The notes under the pieces are model-generated. The model searched no databases. It saw only the letters and a list, made by a program, of their open reading frames with translations, and had not been told where the DNA came from. The translations under genes were made by a program, and so were the position numbers. Shown piece after piece: positions 53,168-64,000 of a DNA stretch of 64,000 nt. The stretch spans positions 248,001 through 312,000 of the forward strand of contig JAWMAR010000700.1 of the NCBI GenBank assembly GCA_036785375.1. Direction: 5' to 3'. The stretch is from Leucoraja ocellata. Its lineage: Eukaryota. Position 1 is the stretch's first letter, and each line of letters opens with the position of its first letter.

Positions 53168-53887
53168 AGCAGGGGCGCTGCATTGAAGGCGCCTCTGCTT
53201 ACAGCCTGTCTGTTTTTTCCCCTCTTTTTTTAATTTTAGTTAGTCTAAACTGTTTGTTTTGGGGATTCTTCAGTTTTTATTTGTGGGGACTGGGATAGGG
53301 TAAGGGGGAAACCGTTTTCTAGTGGCTTCCTGGCGAGGATGTGACTACTTCTCCCAGTCGCGTTCTCGCCCCCCCCCCCCCCCCTCCTCACGGCCTACCA
53401 CTGGATCGGAGCAGCCTTTCCTACCTGAGACGGGGACTGGACCAGAACTTCGGTAGCGGCAGTGTGGCGCTGGATTCACCGCGGAGCAGGCAATGCATAC
53501 CTGGATCGCCGTTTGGAGCTCCGGAGCGTAGGGACCGCTGCTCCAACATCGAGGAGCTGTGGTTCGCGGAGCTCCCAGCACGGGCGGCGCTGACCGACAT
53601 CGGGGCCGCCAGCGTGAGTCGCCGCCCGACATGGCCTGGGGACTTCGGGAGCCGCGGACAGAGAGTGGTGAATCTCTGGAACTCTCTGCCACAGAGGGTA
53701 GTTGAGGCCAGTTCATTGGCTATATTTAAGAGGGAGTTAGATGTGGCCCTTGTGGCTAAGGGGATCAGGGGGGTATGGAGAGAAGGCAGGTACGGGATAT
53801 TGAGTTGGATGATCAGACATGATCATATTGAATGGCGGTGCAGGCTCGAAGGGCCGAATGGCCAACTCCTGCACCTAATTTCTATGA
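53168..53887 (+). mobile_element. 5' part of the GC-rich retroposon family (to about 53656) fused to a CR1 3' end
   Basis: Shares ctccaacatcg.ggagctg and ggacttcgggagccgcgg with 25141-25722; then the CR1 QRVVNLWNSLP tail. Confidence 0.75.
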
Positions 53888-53957
53888 CTCTGGTAGGAAG
53901 CAGCCGATTGGGAGGGGGAGGGAGGGAGGGGGAGAGGGGAGGGGAGGGGGGGGGAGG

Positions 53958-54323
53958 NNNNNNNNNNNNNNNNNNNNNNNNNNNNNNNNNNNNNNNNNNN
54001 NNNNNNNNNNNNNNNNNNNNNNNNNNNNNNNNNNNNNNNNNNNNNNNNNNNNNNNNNNNNNNNNNNNNNNNNNNNNNNNNNNNNNNNNNNNNNNNNNNNN
54101 NNNNNNNNNNNNNNNNNNNNNNNNNNNNNNNNNNNNNNNNNNNNNNNNNNNNNNNNNNNNNNNNNNNNNNNNNNNNNNNNNNNNNNNNNNNNNNNNNNNN
54201 NNNNNNNNNNNNNNNNNNNNNNNNNNNNNNNNNNNNNNNNNNNNNNNNNNNNNNNNNNNNNNNNNNNNNNNNNNNNNNNNNNNNNNNNNNNNNNNNNNNN
54301 NNNNNNNNNNNNNNNNNNNNNNN
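53958..54323. other. Assembly gap
   Basis: Run of N. Confidence 1.
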
Positions 54324-54814
54324 CTGAGAGGTTATAAGTGGCCTTTCAAGGTTTTTGGAAAAGGAAAACGGACGAAGGCGGAGAGGCTTCATAGTTTGAT
54401 TCATGGTTGAACTGTTGAAACTTTGCTGTGCTGCAAAAATGCCTCCACGAGTGTGAAAAGCTCTGAGATTTTCTCTACATTGTCGAGGGAGCGGCTGCCT
54501 TTGGCGGACTGCCAAGAGTGCCTGGAGAGCGAGGGTATGGAGATTTTTTGGTGTCTTTGTCGTGGTTTTGGCACTGATTCTCTGCCCTAAAGTCATTTTG
54601 CATAGTGCGGATGCCTGGCTAAATGCGAAAAAGGTGCTTTTGGTGTCAGCAAGAAAAGGCGAGGATTTTATCGGCAGTGGAGTGAATTTGGAGGAGTTTC
54701 TACGTTCGGCTGGAGGACTTTGCTTTTTGAGGATTGCTTTGGACTGTGACTGTCCCTGGGATTGAATTGCTGAGCTGCTGGAGTGCCGGGAGCTGGTTTG
54801 TGCCTCTATACCGG

Positions 54815-56214
54815 ATGGCGATGGCGGGGGGCTCGGCCGAGGGCGAAGAGCTACGCAGTAGCGACATCAGCAGCGGAAGCGAGGACATCTGAACATGAGC
54901 ATCATGTTGACTTGGACTGGGACAGCTTTGGTATCTCGGTTCAAACTGGGCCCAGATGTCCAGGGGAGTAATTACGAAGGCTATGAATGCCCTTCTGGTA
55001 GGGGGGCTATTGTCTCTTCCGAGCTCGAGAGGGAAGGTTGAGATGATATTGAAGACCCGGGAGGATGTGGCCAAAGTGTTGGAGAGGGGGATTTCAGTGG
55101 GGGGGTCCATATGCAGGTGACCCATGGGTGTCCAGGGTGAGACCGGTTCTCCTGCGGAGTTGCCCCACATGTATTCCGGATGCGACACTCATTCCACACC
55201 TGTCTCAGATTGGGGAGGTGCGGTCTAAGTGCTTTAGGCTCATGCACCCTGGGGGGGACCCGGAAGAAAAAGGGATTTATAGTTTCAAAAGGAGGGTGTT
55301 CGTGAAGGTGGGGGAGGGGGAAGGTGATGAGGGAGTTTCGAGGTGAGTGTAGGGTCTACCCAGAACCGTGCGTTGGAGTTGGGGAAAGGCACGGTGTCAT
55401 GCGTGCGATGGTTATGGACATCTCCGAAAGGACTGTCCTGTTCAAGGGGTCGCTGCTAGAACTTCTCGCGCAGCGGCCCAGGAATGCACTGCTGGCCCAT
55501 CAGGGGTGCTCGTCATGTCTCGGAGGGGCGGGGTGGAATCGCTGACCTGGCAGGGTCTGCAGTTTCAGCCTTGGGGACCCAGGGCAGTAAAGGGCCACCG
55601 CCCTCCACATCCTGAACCTGAGGGGGTGGCTGAAGGTGAGACACAGGGTGAGGGGGGAGGGGAGTGGGAGCAGCAGAAGAAGAAGAAGAGGAATAGGCAG
55701 ATAAAGACCACCCAAGCGAGTCAAAAGCAGGAAGGTGTGCTACTGCCGAGTGTGGAGATCACCAAGGGGCGCCTGTCAGCTCCGGGGGGTCCAGAGTGCA
55801 ACTGCCGTGGCCAAGCAAGGAGCGGAGGTGGCTCTGAAGGGGGTAGCGAAGGCAAAACGCGTGGGTGGTAAGGAGGCGGGGGGTAGTGTGGAGGAGGAAG
55901 ACACTCTCCTTATGGAGGTTACCACACCGCCGCATGCTAGTGGGACTAAAAGGAGGATTGGGCCTGGTGAGAAGAGCAGGGACGCGAGTCCAAAGTTAGG
56001 GGGGTGGAGTTTTTCCAGACCTTCCACCACTGATGTGGTTGGAGGTCAGGAAATGACGTTGTCTGGGTTGGAGGTTGAGCTTCTACCTCAGGGATCTCTC
56101 GAGGGTACCACAGGGTCAGGTGATGGGGTAGACCCCTCTGGAGTTGTGTCCTCTGGGCGGGGGGATGTCTTTTGTCTCAGGGGCCCTCCGAGGGGGGATC
56201 TTGTCGTGTGTTGA
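54815..56214 (+). pseudogene. Tx1 ORF1, frameshifted; 3' limit uncertain
   Basis: RAKSYAVA, IPDATLIPHLSQIGEVRS, IYSFKRRVFV, CHACDGYGHLRKDC in shifting frames. Confidence 0.7.
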
Positions 56215-57159
56215 TCTTGGTTCCCCTGGGGTGTGTCTTCTGGGTCGGAGGAGGTCCCCCTCGTTTCAGAGGCCTACTGAGGGTGTTAGCACGCAGGAGG
56301 GTGGGGTAAGCTCCCCTGGTAGTGCGGACCTGAGACGGGGGATGAGCAGAGTCAGACCAAGGCGGGGGGGTCGGGGGGAGTGGTGTTCCAATCAGTGCTC
56401 AATTTGAGAGCCAATGGTGGTTCTGAGCTGTGTATTGTATTGCCGACTGATTTAGCAGGGAGGGGGGAAAATCTAGTGGAGAGCCTCTGGGTGTTGCCAG
56501 TGGACGGGGTGCTTTCGGTGCTGTGGAGGTCGGAGTTACTTCAGGCAGCGACCTTCTTTCAGTTTCTGGGGGTGCCAGTTTACCACAGACGTGGGGTGCC
56601 TCTTATTTTCTCTTCCCCGGGCCCAGATATAGAGGGTGAGGACAGAGCGCAGGAGCCCAGCCAGTCAGTGGGCTGCGTGACGTGGAGAGGGGGCTTCGGG
56701 ACCCTTCCCCGGCATTGATCCTGGGGGTGGTATCATGCCGGAGGAGAGGGAGAGTGGTGGGGCCGATTTGTGTGGAGGGGTTGGTGAAATCCCAGAGAGC
56801 TCTGGTTTTTCGATTTCTGAAAATGACCTTGGGGATGCTGAGCATGTTGTGTCAGGTGCGAGTAACTTGGACGACGGCCCAGATTCATTTTTTGGTTCTC
56901 ATGGAAGTGTAATCTGCGAAGTGAGGGAATTTTTAAAAACAAGCCGCACTAACAGAACAAGGTTAGAGGCCGCTAAGAGACGCTGGGCTGATCTGTCGTC
57001 CTTAGTTAAAAATCTCGAGGCTATCCTTGCGACCAAAGATAGTGATCTTCTTGGCTCTGAGCAGTGTCAGTTTAGGGACTTTTGGAGTTCCTAAAAAGAG
57101 AGGGGGCTACAGAGCCCAGGAGGAGAAGTATGAGGATTTCAATTTAATGTATCAGTGCA

Positions 57160-59414
57160 TTCACGCTAGCTACCCTAAACTTAAACGGGAGTAGAGCGAG
57201 TTTTCGCAGGTTCCAGCTTTTATCGGTCCTTAGGGAGGGGAAATTTGCAGTGTGTTTTCTGCAGGAGACGCATACTGTTGTCAAGGATGAACCCACTTGG
57301 AGGTTGGAGTGGGAAGGAGAGGTCTATATGAGTCATCTTAGCTCAAATTCGAGTGGGGTGGCCATTCTGTTGGCTCAGAATTTCTTGCCTAATATTATAA
57401 AAAGTGCAAGAAGTTGTGCCAGGACGTTTGCTCCATCTGGCCATGAGCCTGGATGGCATGCCGTTGCATTTCATTAACGTGTATGCCCCCAGCTCTGGCA
57501 CGATGCAGGCCGGCCTAATTCAGGAAGTGAATGCTCTGTTGAGCACTATTGATCGGGGAGAGTGTGTCTTCCTTGGGGGGACTTTAACTGCACACTTGAG
57601 GTGCGAGATCGTTCTGGTACTCAGTGTGCCCCTGCTGTAGCAAAGAAGCTGAGAGGGTTGATTGACTCTTTTGAGTTGGTTGATGCGTGGCGGACCTCAA
57701 CCCAGACTCCACTGCTTTTTCGCGGAGGTCTGAGGGCGGTGGTTCCCGCATTGATCGAATATATATCTCCCGAGCGTTTGTTTCCCGTGTCTCAGCGGCC
57801 TCAATGCAGCTGGTGCCATGCTCGGACCACTGTCTGGTGCGTGTGGATTTTAATCCAGCACGCGTTCAGGCTGGGTCTGCGTATTGGCACTTTAATAACC
57901 GGCTGCTGGAGGATCGGTGTTTCCGGGAGTCATTCACTCGGTTTTTGGGTGCGGTGGAGAGAGAGGCAGAGATGCTTCTCTTCCCTAAGGCAGTGGTGGG
58001 ATGTGGGGAAGCTCACATCCGTATTTTTTGTAAGGAATACACGTGGGGGTCGACCGGGCGGCGGGACTCAGCGGTTGAGAAGCTTGAGAGGGAGCTGATG
58101 GACGCAGAGTCTCGCCTGGGTCAGGTTGGAGGTGACTCTTGCGCATGGGGTTGTGTTTCATGAGAAGAAGGAAGCCTTGAGGAACCTGCAACTTGAGCGG
58201 TCCCGGAGGCGCTTACGTGAGGGCGCGGTCCAGATGCTGCACGATCTGGATCGAGCTTCGCCTTTCTTTTTCTCTCTGGAGAAAGGGCGGGGAGCCCGCT
58301 AGCAGCTCGTGGAGCTGCTCGCAGATGATGGCTCCTCTGTCACAGATCCGGAGAGGATTAGTGCCTTGGTCAGGTCCTTTTATGGTTCCCTGTTCTCCGC
58401 AGGTGGAGTAAGCGGGGAAGCTCAGCAGGACCTGTGGGAGAGTCTACCGGTTATAGATAGGGAGGTGGCCGATCTTCTTGATGGCCCGTTATCTTTGGAG
58501 GAGTTGACTTGTGCAATGCATCAGCTCAGGAGGGGTAAGTCCCCCGGGCTGGATGGGCTGACGGTAGAGTTTGTTAGAGCCTTCTGGGGTATCCTGGGGG
58601 GTGATTACATGTTGGTTCTGGGGGAGAGCCTGGCGACAGGGGAGATGCCCCTTTCGTGGCGTCGAGCAGTGGTTGTCCTGCTGCCCAAGAAGGGGGAACT
58701 CCGCCTGCTGAAAACTGGCGCCCGGTCTCTCTCCTATGCACAGAGTATAAAGTATTTGCACGGGCGATGGCAAATCGCCTGGGCTCTGTGCTGTCTCAGC
58801 TGATTCACCATGACCAGTCTTTACACAGTCCCTGGTCGGTCCATTCAGGATAACATCCACCTGGTTAGGGACCTGATTCATCTAGCACAGGGAACTGGTC
58901 AGTCAGCTGCGTTTCTGTCTCTTGATCAGGAGAAGGCTTTTGATAGGGTAGAGCATGAATACCTGTTCGGAACGTTGCAAGCGTTTGGATTTGGACCGCA
59001 TTTGTGGCCCGGGTTCGCCTCTTGTATGCTGCAGCGGAGTGCCTTGTGAAGGTTAATGGTGCGTTGTTGGTTCCCTTTCATTTTGGGAGGGGGGTCCGTC
59101 AGGGGTGCCCATGTCAGGTCAGTTGTACTCGGTCTGTGTGGAGCCGTTCCTGTGTCTTCTTCGGAGGAGGTTGACAGGCCTGGCCCCTACCGGGCCCAGG
59201 GGTGGAGTTGGTTCTTTCGGCCTATGCGATGATGTACTACTTATGTTCACCGATCCTGGTGACCTGCGGAGGATGCGTGATTGCCAGAAGATTTCCTCGG
59301 ATGCATCTTCTGCCAGGATTAATTGGAGCAAGTGCTCTGGACTTTTAGTGGGTCAGTGGCAGCTGGACTCCTGCCAGAGGGAGATGGCAATGTTTTGCGT
59401 GGAGCACCACGCAC
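57160..59414 (+). pseudogene. Tx1 ORF2 (APE-RT), frameshifted, cut by the gap
   Basis: ATLNLNG, FLQETH, GDFNC, SRIDRIY, SDH, YWHFNN, KSPGLDGL, NWRPVSLL, SLDQEKAFDRVEH, GVRQGCP, shifted Y(A)DD. Confidence 0.9.
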
Positions 59415-59614
59415 NNNNNNNNNNNNNNNNNNNNNNNNNNNNNNNNNNNNNNNNNNNNNNNNNNNNNNNNNNNNNNNNNNNNNNNNNNNNNNNNNNNNNN
59501 NNNNNNNNNNNNNNNNNNNNNNNNNNNNNNNNNNNNNNNNNNNNNNNNNNNNNNNNNNNNNNNNNNNNNNNNNNNNNNNNNNNNNNNNNNNNNNNNNNNN
59601 NNNNNNNNNNNNNN
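59415..59614. other. Assembly gap
   Basis: Run of N. Confidence 1.
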
Positions 59615-59742
59615 CACATGCGGCGGAGAGGGGCTCTGAGTGATGGTGGCCTAAAATGACGGCCGTAGGTGACGGCGTACTCTCGGAAACCGCAGCACAG
59701 AAAGCCAAAACCGGTCAAGAACAGAGTTTTAGTAATATATAT
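59615..59742 (-). mobile_element. Helitron 5' end (family of 7709-9134)
   Basis: Reverse complement tattactaaaactctgttcttgaccggttttggc matches 7713-7747. Confidence 0.8.
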
Positions 59743-60095
59743 AAGAAAGATGAAGAAAGCTAGTGTAGAGCTATAGAGGGAAAATAAATAAGGAAAGAGA
59801 AAAAGGAAACTATAAGCTAATAGAAAGGGGAGGGTGAGAAAAAAATAGAAAGATTACCAATAACACAATTTTGGAGATAGGTCCGTAGATTATAGAGTGT
59901 AATTCAATTTATAAAAGATAAAATTTGTTTACTGTATAAATGATTGCATTTTATTTTTGCTTTGCAGTATTAGTGGATGATTACACTTTTATAAGTTCAA
60001 TAAAAATAAATATATAAATCACATTCTTGAACAGATTCAATCCAGGCATCTTTATTTTGTTTGTATTGTAGGACAACAAAAATATGTTGAGTGAT

Positions 60096-60620
60096 TACCA
60101 CTGGGGTGTCAACTATCCAAGTAGAATATGAGGTGCTGGCTCCTCCAATTTGCGGTGGCTTCTTACAATCTCTTTTGGAACTCTAAAGGGCCTGTCCCAT
60201 TTTTACAACCTAATTCACGACCTCTGCTGAGTTTGCCCTTGAGTCATACTCGCAGCATGGTCGTCATGAGGTCGTAGGTAGGTCGTAGGTAGGTCGTGAT
60301 GCTAGTCATAGATATTTGTGGCATCAAGTAGGTCGGGGTGTTTTTCTAGCCTGATGACAAATGCCCACGAGTAAAAAGGTTGTGAATTAGGTTGTGAAAG
60401 TGGGACAGGCCCTTTAGAGTTCCAAAGAGATTGTAAGAAGCCACCGCAAATTGGAGGAGTAGCACCTCATATTTTACTTGGATAGTTTACACCCCAGTGG
60501 TATGAACATTGACTTCTCCAATTTCAGGTAGTCCTTGCTTTCTTCCCCCTTCCCAGCTCTCCCATAGCTCACTGTCTCCGCCTCTTCATTTTTTCTTCCC
60601 GACCTCCACCCCCACAGCAG
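60096..60620. mobile_element. Fold-back Penelope GIY-YIG C-terminal fragment (palindrome 60096-60502)
   Basis: Plus-strand HRKLEE*HLIFYLDSLHPSGMNIDFSNFR at about 60440-60530; about 90-bp inverted copy at 60096-60183. Confidence 0.85.
60186..60414. mobile_element. MITE (AAGGGCCTGTCCCA TIR) flanked by TA
   Basis: TIRs of about 30 bp; TA at 60184-60185 and 60415-60416. Confidence 0.9.
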
Positions 60621-61613
60621 TACATGTATAATTCTCTGCAGTACATGTATCAGCGGTGGAGTATGTGGCCCAAATTTGTAACCCTAAATTCCTAACTTTA
60701 CATAATGCTAATTCATAATAGTTATGCATAGTTCTATGTTTGATACAAAATAAAGTATCGTAACTGCTCAGCTACAAAAAATAGCAGCTGCCATCAGATA
60801 ATTTCATCGTTTTGCTTATTTTTTATAATTAGGCAGCTTTGAAAGCTAATGTTAGAGACCTTGAGGAAGAAAAGTCATGATTATGTGAGTGATGACAATG
60901 TTAAAAATATGGTAAAGTGCTACATCTGAAATTCTCCAAATACTCTGTTGTGCTGTTGACAATGCATCTGCTCGTCCCAAAAGGACTTAACTTAGCAATG
61001 CCAAATCTGAAAAGTCATGATCATAAATCTCTGTCTCAGTTTTTACTATTGTTCTTTCGTTCTGCTAATTTACATTTTTCATTCATTTTGAAAGGTCATA
61101 TCACAGCTTGAAAGTATAACAGCTTGAACAATTATGCACATCAAAATGTTAAATGATTATGCCATTTTGATGTCTGTGCAGTCCATATGTAGCAAGGGAA
61201 TAGATAATAACACCAATTTAAAAGTATCTTTTAATTTTCTCCTGGCTCGCTTATTACAGTTTATTTGATTAATATATATATATATATATATCAGCCAATT
61301 GGGTCTAAATAAAATGCATAACAGAACCTGGTAAAATAATAGCCCATGTGCCAGCTTCATCTGTCCTATTGCATAAGTAATTGTGATTTTGGAGCTGGAT
61401 GGCATGATTTACTTTGGTATTCGGGAGCTTTATATTTTTCATTTATTAGTTTTTCACATCGTGGACTAAATTGCTGCTGCTTGTTTTTCCCAACCCAATC
61501 TCTAAAACATAATTATCATTGCTTCCATCTCTCCTCAACCTACTATCTCAATTTCTGGGAAATAGTACTGACGAATGTGTACTACAAACCCACTGGACTC
61601 GCAAAGTCATCTT

Positions 61614-61740
61614 AGGTAGACAGAAATGCTGGAGAAACTCAGCGGGTGGGGGCAGCATTTATGGATGCTGCCTCACCAGTTGAGTTTCTCCAGCATATTT
61701 GTCTATCTTCGATTTTTCCAGCATCTTTTCTTAAAGAACC
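61614..61740. mobile_element. Fold-back Penelope-derived insertion lacking the hammerhead segment
   Basis: TSD CAAAGTCATCTT at 61602-61613 and 61741-61752; arms atgctggagaaactca / tgagtttctccagcat. Confidence 0.85.
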
Positions 61741-61929
61741 CAAAGTCATCTTGATCACACTTCATCCTGCCAGTTGTTACATCTGGTAATATTACTTGAA
61801 TGTTACTACTGATACATTTCCTGTTTGCCTCAGCCAAGGTTTCTCTCCACCTCCCAATGATGTCCAACCCATTTCTCATACTTCTCTTCTAAACACCTCT
61901 GCTTTTCTGGTCTCTTTGGCCCCCATCTT

Positions 61930-62780
61930 GTTTTCCACCAGCATGTCTTCAGTCGATCAATTTATGCTATTTCATCCAAGTTCAACATGAAACGACCAAT
62001 GCCATGTATTTTCCCCTCTCACGTCACCTTTTTTACCGAACCATTCCCTCAGTGATATCCTGCTCGATTCTTCACTCACCCACATCATCTTTTCCTCTTC
62101 CCATGCCACTGCCTGTGGCAAATAAGTAACACCTCCACCATGTCAAGGGTCCCAAACGTTCCTTCTAGGTGAAACCGCAAATATTTATACTTATGTCAAT
62201 TTTGAAATCTGCTCCCAACGCAATTTCCTACATGCCGCAGAGACTAAGTGTACATTGTGTGGCCACTTTGCAGAAAACCCTCGCTGAATTTGAAATGTAA
62301 TTGATAGCTTCTGGTTCCACACAAGTTTAATTTGCACTACACTTTCAATCTGACCTCTCTCTCTCTCTGCCCTCCTACGCTATTCAAATGAAGCTTTCCA
62401 AAACTCTCTCAAGCACAAGCTTTGAATTATACATCAAATTCTATAATTTCACATTATAACCAGATAGGATTCCAGAAATTGATGGATCTTTTGCTATTCA
62501 TAATTACACTTCCTGCAGTGTCACCTCCTAATACAAACTTCAGTACTTAACCTATGTTATTTTACATCCTCATTCAGCATTTCTTCAGTTAAACCTGCTG
62601 AGTTGCATCGGACTTTTATATTTCCTCCCTTGTCCTCTATTGCTGCCTCTCTACCTGCTTAAAGCAGTAACAACTTTTACCATTTCCAGTTACGATTAAA
62701 GACCATCGAATTGAAGTTTCATGGCTGTTTACCTCTCTCTAGTTACAGTATGCTGCCTAACCTGCTGAATATTTAAAGCC
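61930..62780 (+). mobile_element. Ancient Penelope-like 3' fragment
   Basis: Decayed QGPKRSF and ETK.TL.GHFAE similarity; terminal gctgcctaacctgctga. Confidence 0.55.
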
Positions 62781-62829
62781 ATATCGGTTTTTATTTCAAC
62801 ATATCCCAAATATGCACAATTAATATTTT

Positions 62830-64000
62830 TTATCCCTGTTCAATGTGATAAAAGCTTGACGAGTACTATTTTGAATGAAATTGAACATCCATCCATCCAT
62901 CCAATCTTGTGCTCTTCTGGTTTTTTTTTTTTTTCTATTTGCGCAAAAATGGTACATGATAGCTCTACAATTTTTTGCCACCTTACTCACAATTCTCCTG
63001 TGCTACAAGGGCACAAGATTTGTTTCCGATAGATGGTATATTTTAAAAGTTATTAAAGTTTAAAAATCTTAAAAACTGTGCATTTGCCGCAAAGTTGATT
63101 GGTCTCCTCTTCTGTCGCCGGGACAGCGACGCCCCTTCCTGCACCATCGCTGCACTGATTGGCAGGGTCCATTGTCAGTCACGGGCGGCGCCCAGCGAGG
63201 AGAATATAGAGCTGAAGGAGCGGAGTGAGCATCACGAATGCTCCGCCAGCTGGAGCTGCGTCTGCAGGCGCCTCCGTGGTGCCGAGCGGGCAAGCGGCCT
63301 AGCCCACTTCACGGCATGCGTGGTGCCCAGCAACGAGCACCATTGGCCACTTCGTCCGACCTGGGCTTCTACACGCAAAGTCCCGGCCGGGGTTCTACGC
63401 AGCGATCCAGGAAGCATAGAGACCACGGAGGTGAGGCCTCGTGACGATGGGGTTGCGTTGGCTTGTGGGGCTTCGTGGCGATGGAGCCGTGGTGGCAGTG
63501 GGGCCTCACGGCGTCGGTGAGGCCTGACGGCGGTGGGGCTTTGCCGAATTTCAAAATCCATGGAAAAATCAATCTCTTCCTCTTTTTTTAGTTTTTCCTT
63601 TCTCATGTCTGTGGGGGAAGAATAGATGGAGAGGAGGAGTGGGGGAGGTAGGGAGTGGGGAATAGAGGGAGTGGAGCGCAGTGGGGAGGTGAGGAGGGAT
63701 AGTGGGGGGATTGGGGGAGTTGAGGAGTGGTGGAGGTGGGGAATAGAGGGATCGAAGGGAGGGGTGAGGAGTTATGGAGGGAGGGAGTGATTAATGGTAG
63801 GGGAAAGGAGAGGGAGGGAGAGGAGAGGGAGGGAGAGGTGAAGGAGGGATTGGGGAGGGGAGGAGGAGAGGAGGAGAGGGGAAAGAAGAGGGAGGGTGAA
63901 TAAGAGGGGGAGGGAGTGCTGGGGGATGAGGGGAAATGAGCTGCGCAGGCGCAGTTGGGGGCTATGCGTGAGTGGTGGAATATTGCGTTGGGGAACGGGT
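62830..64000 (+). mobile_element. Probable non-autonomous Helitron running off the right edge
   Basis: Last 60 bp resemble the subterminal regions of units 2-3 (ggaatattgcgttgg; gcaggcgcagttgggggcta..gggaacgggt); G-rich tract at 63625-63935; left boundary approximate. Confidence 0.6.

Larger units (their letters stand above)
54324..59414 (+). mobile_element. Tx1-clade (L1 superfamily) non-LTR retrotransposon, both ends hidden by gaps
   Basis: ORF1 with CCHC knuckle, then ORF2 with APE endonuclease and RT. Confidence 0.9.

Noticed and set aside
53341-54596. Long ORFs of 192-328 aa
   Set aside because: Inflated by N runs and made of joined repeat fragments.
60832-60911. Possible plus-strand exon (AALKANVRDLEEEKS)
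   Set aside because: Stops in all three frames before the candidate donors; no other support.
63625-63935. G-quadruplex regulatory element
   Set aside because: G-rich low-complexity tract inside a probable Helitron; no evidence of function.

Overview
Eukaryotic, repeat-dominated DNA with no recognisable host gene and no prokaryotic features. The repeat set (CR1/HER1-type LINEs with (TTTCTATG)n tails, HE1/V-SINE-type SINEs) suggests a cartilaginous fish, probably a skate or ray (inference). Contents: many CR1 LINE fragments (one 2.3 kb copy with only two in-frame stops), Rex1/Babar and Nimb/I-type LINE fragments, a 5 kb frameshifted Tx1-clade L1 between two assembly gaps, a decayed Gypsy element with its 3' LTR, BEL/Pao gag remnants, three stacked Helitrons, MITEs, and a 2.2 kb CAGGG-terminal DNA transposon with a 5-bp TSD plus a second inverted partial copy. 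The most interesting signal is a family of short (100-470 bp), non-coding, often fold-back Penelope-derived insertions with 12-16 bp TSDs, several carrying a minimal type I hammerhead ribozyme core (CUGANGA-stem II-GAAAC-GUH). All calls are by eye, without database searches; boundaries of old repeats are approximate.
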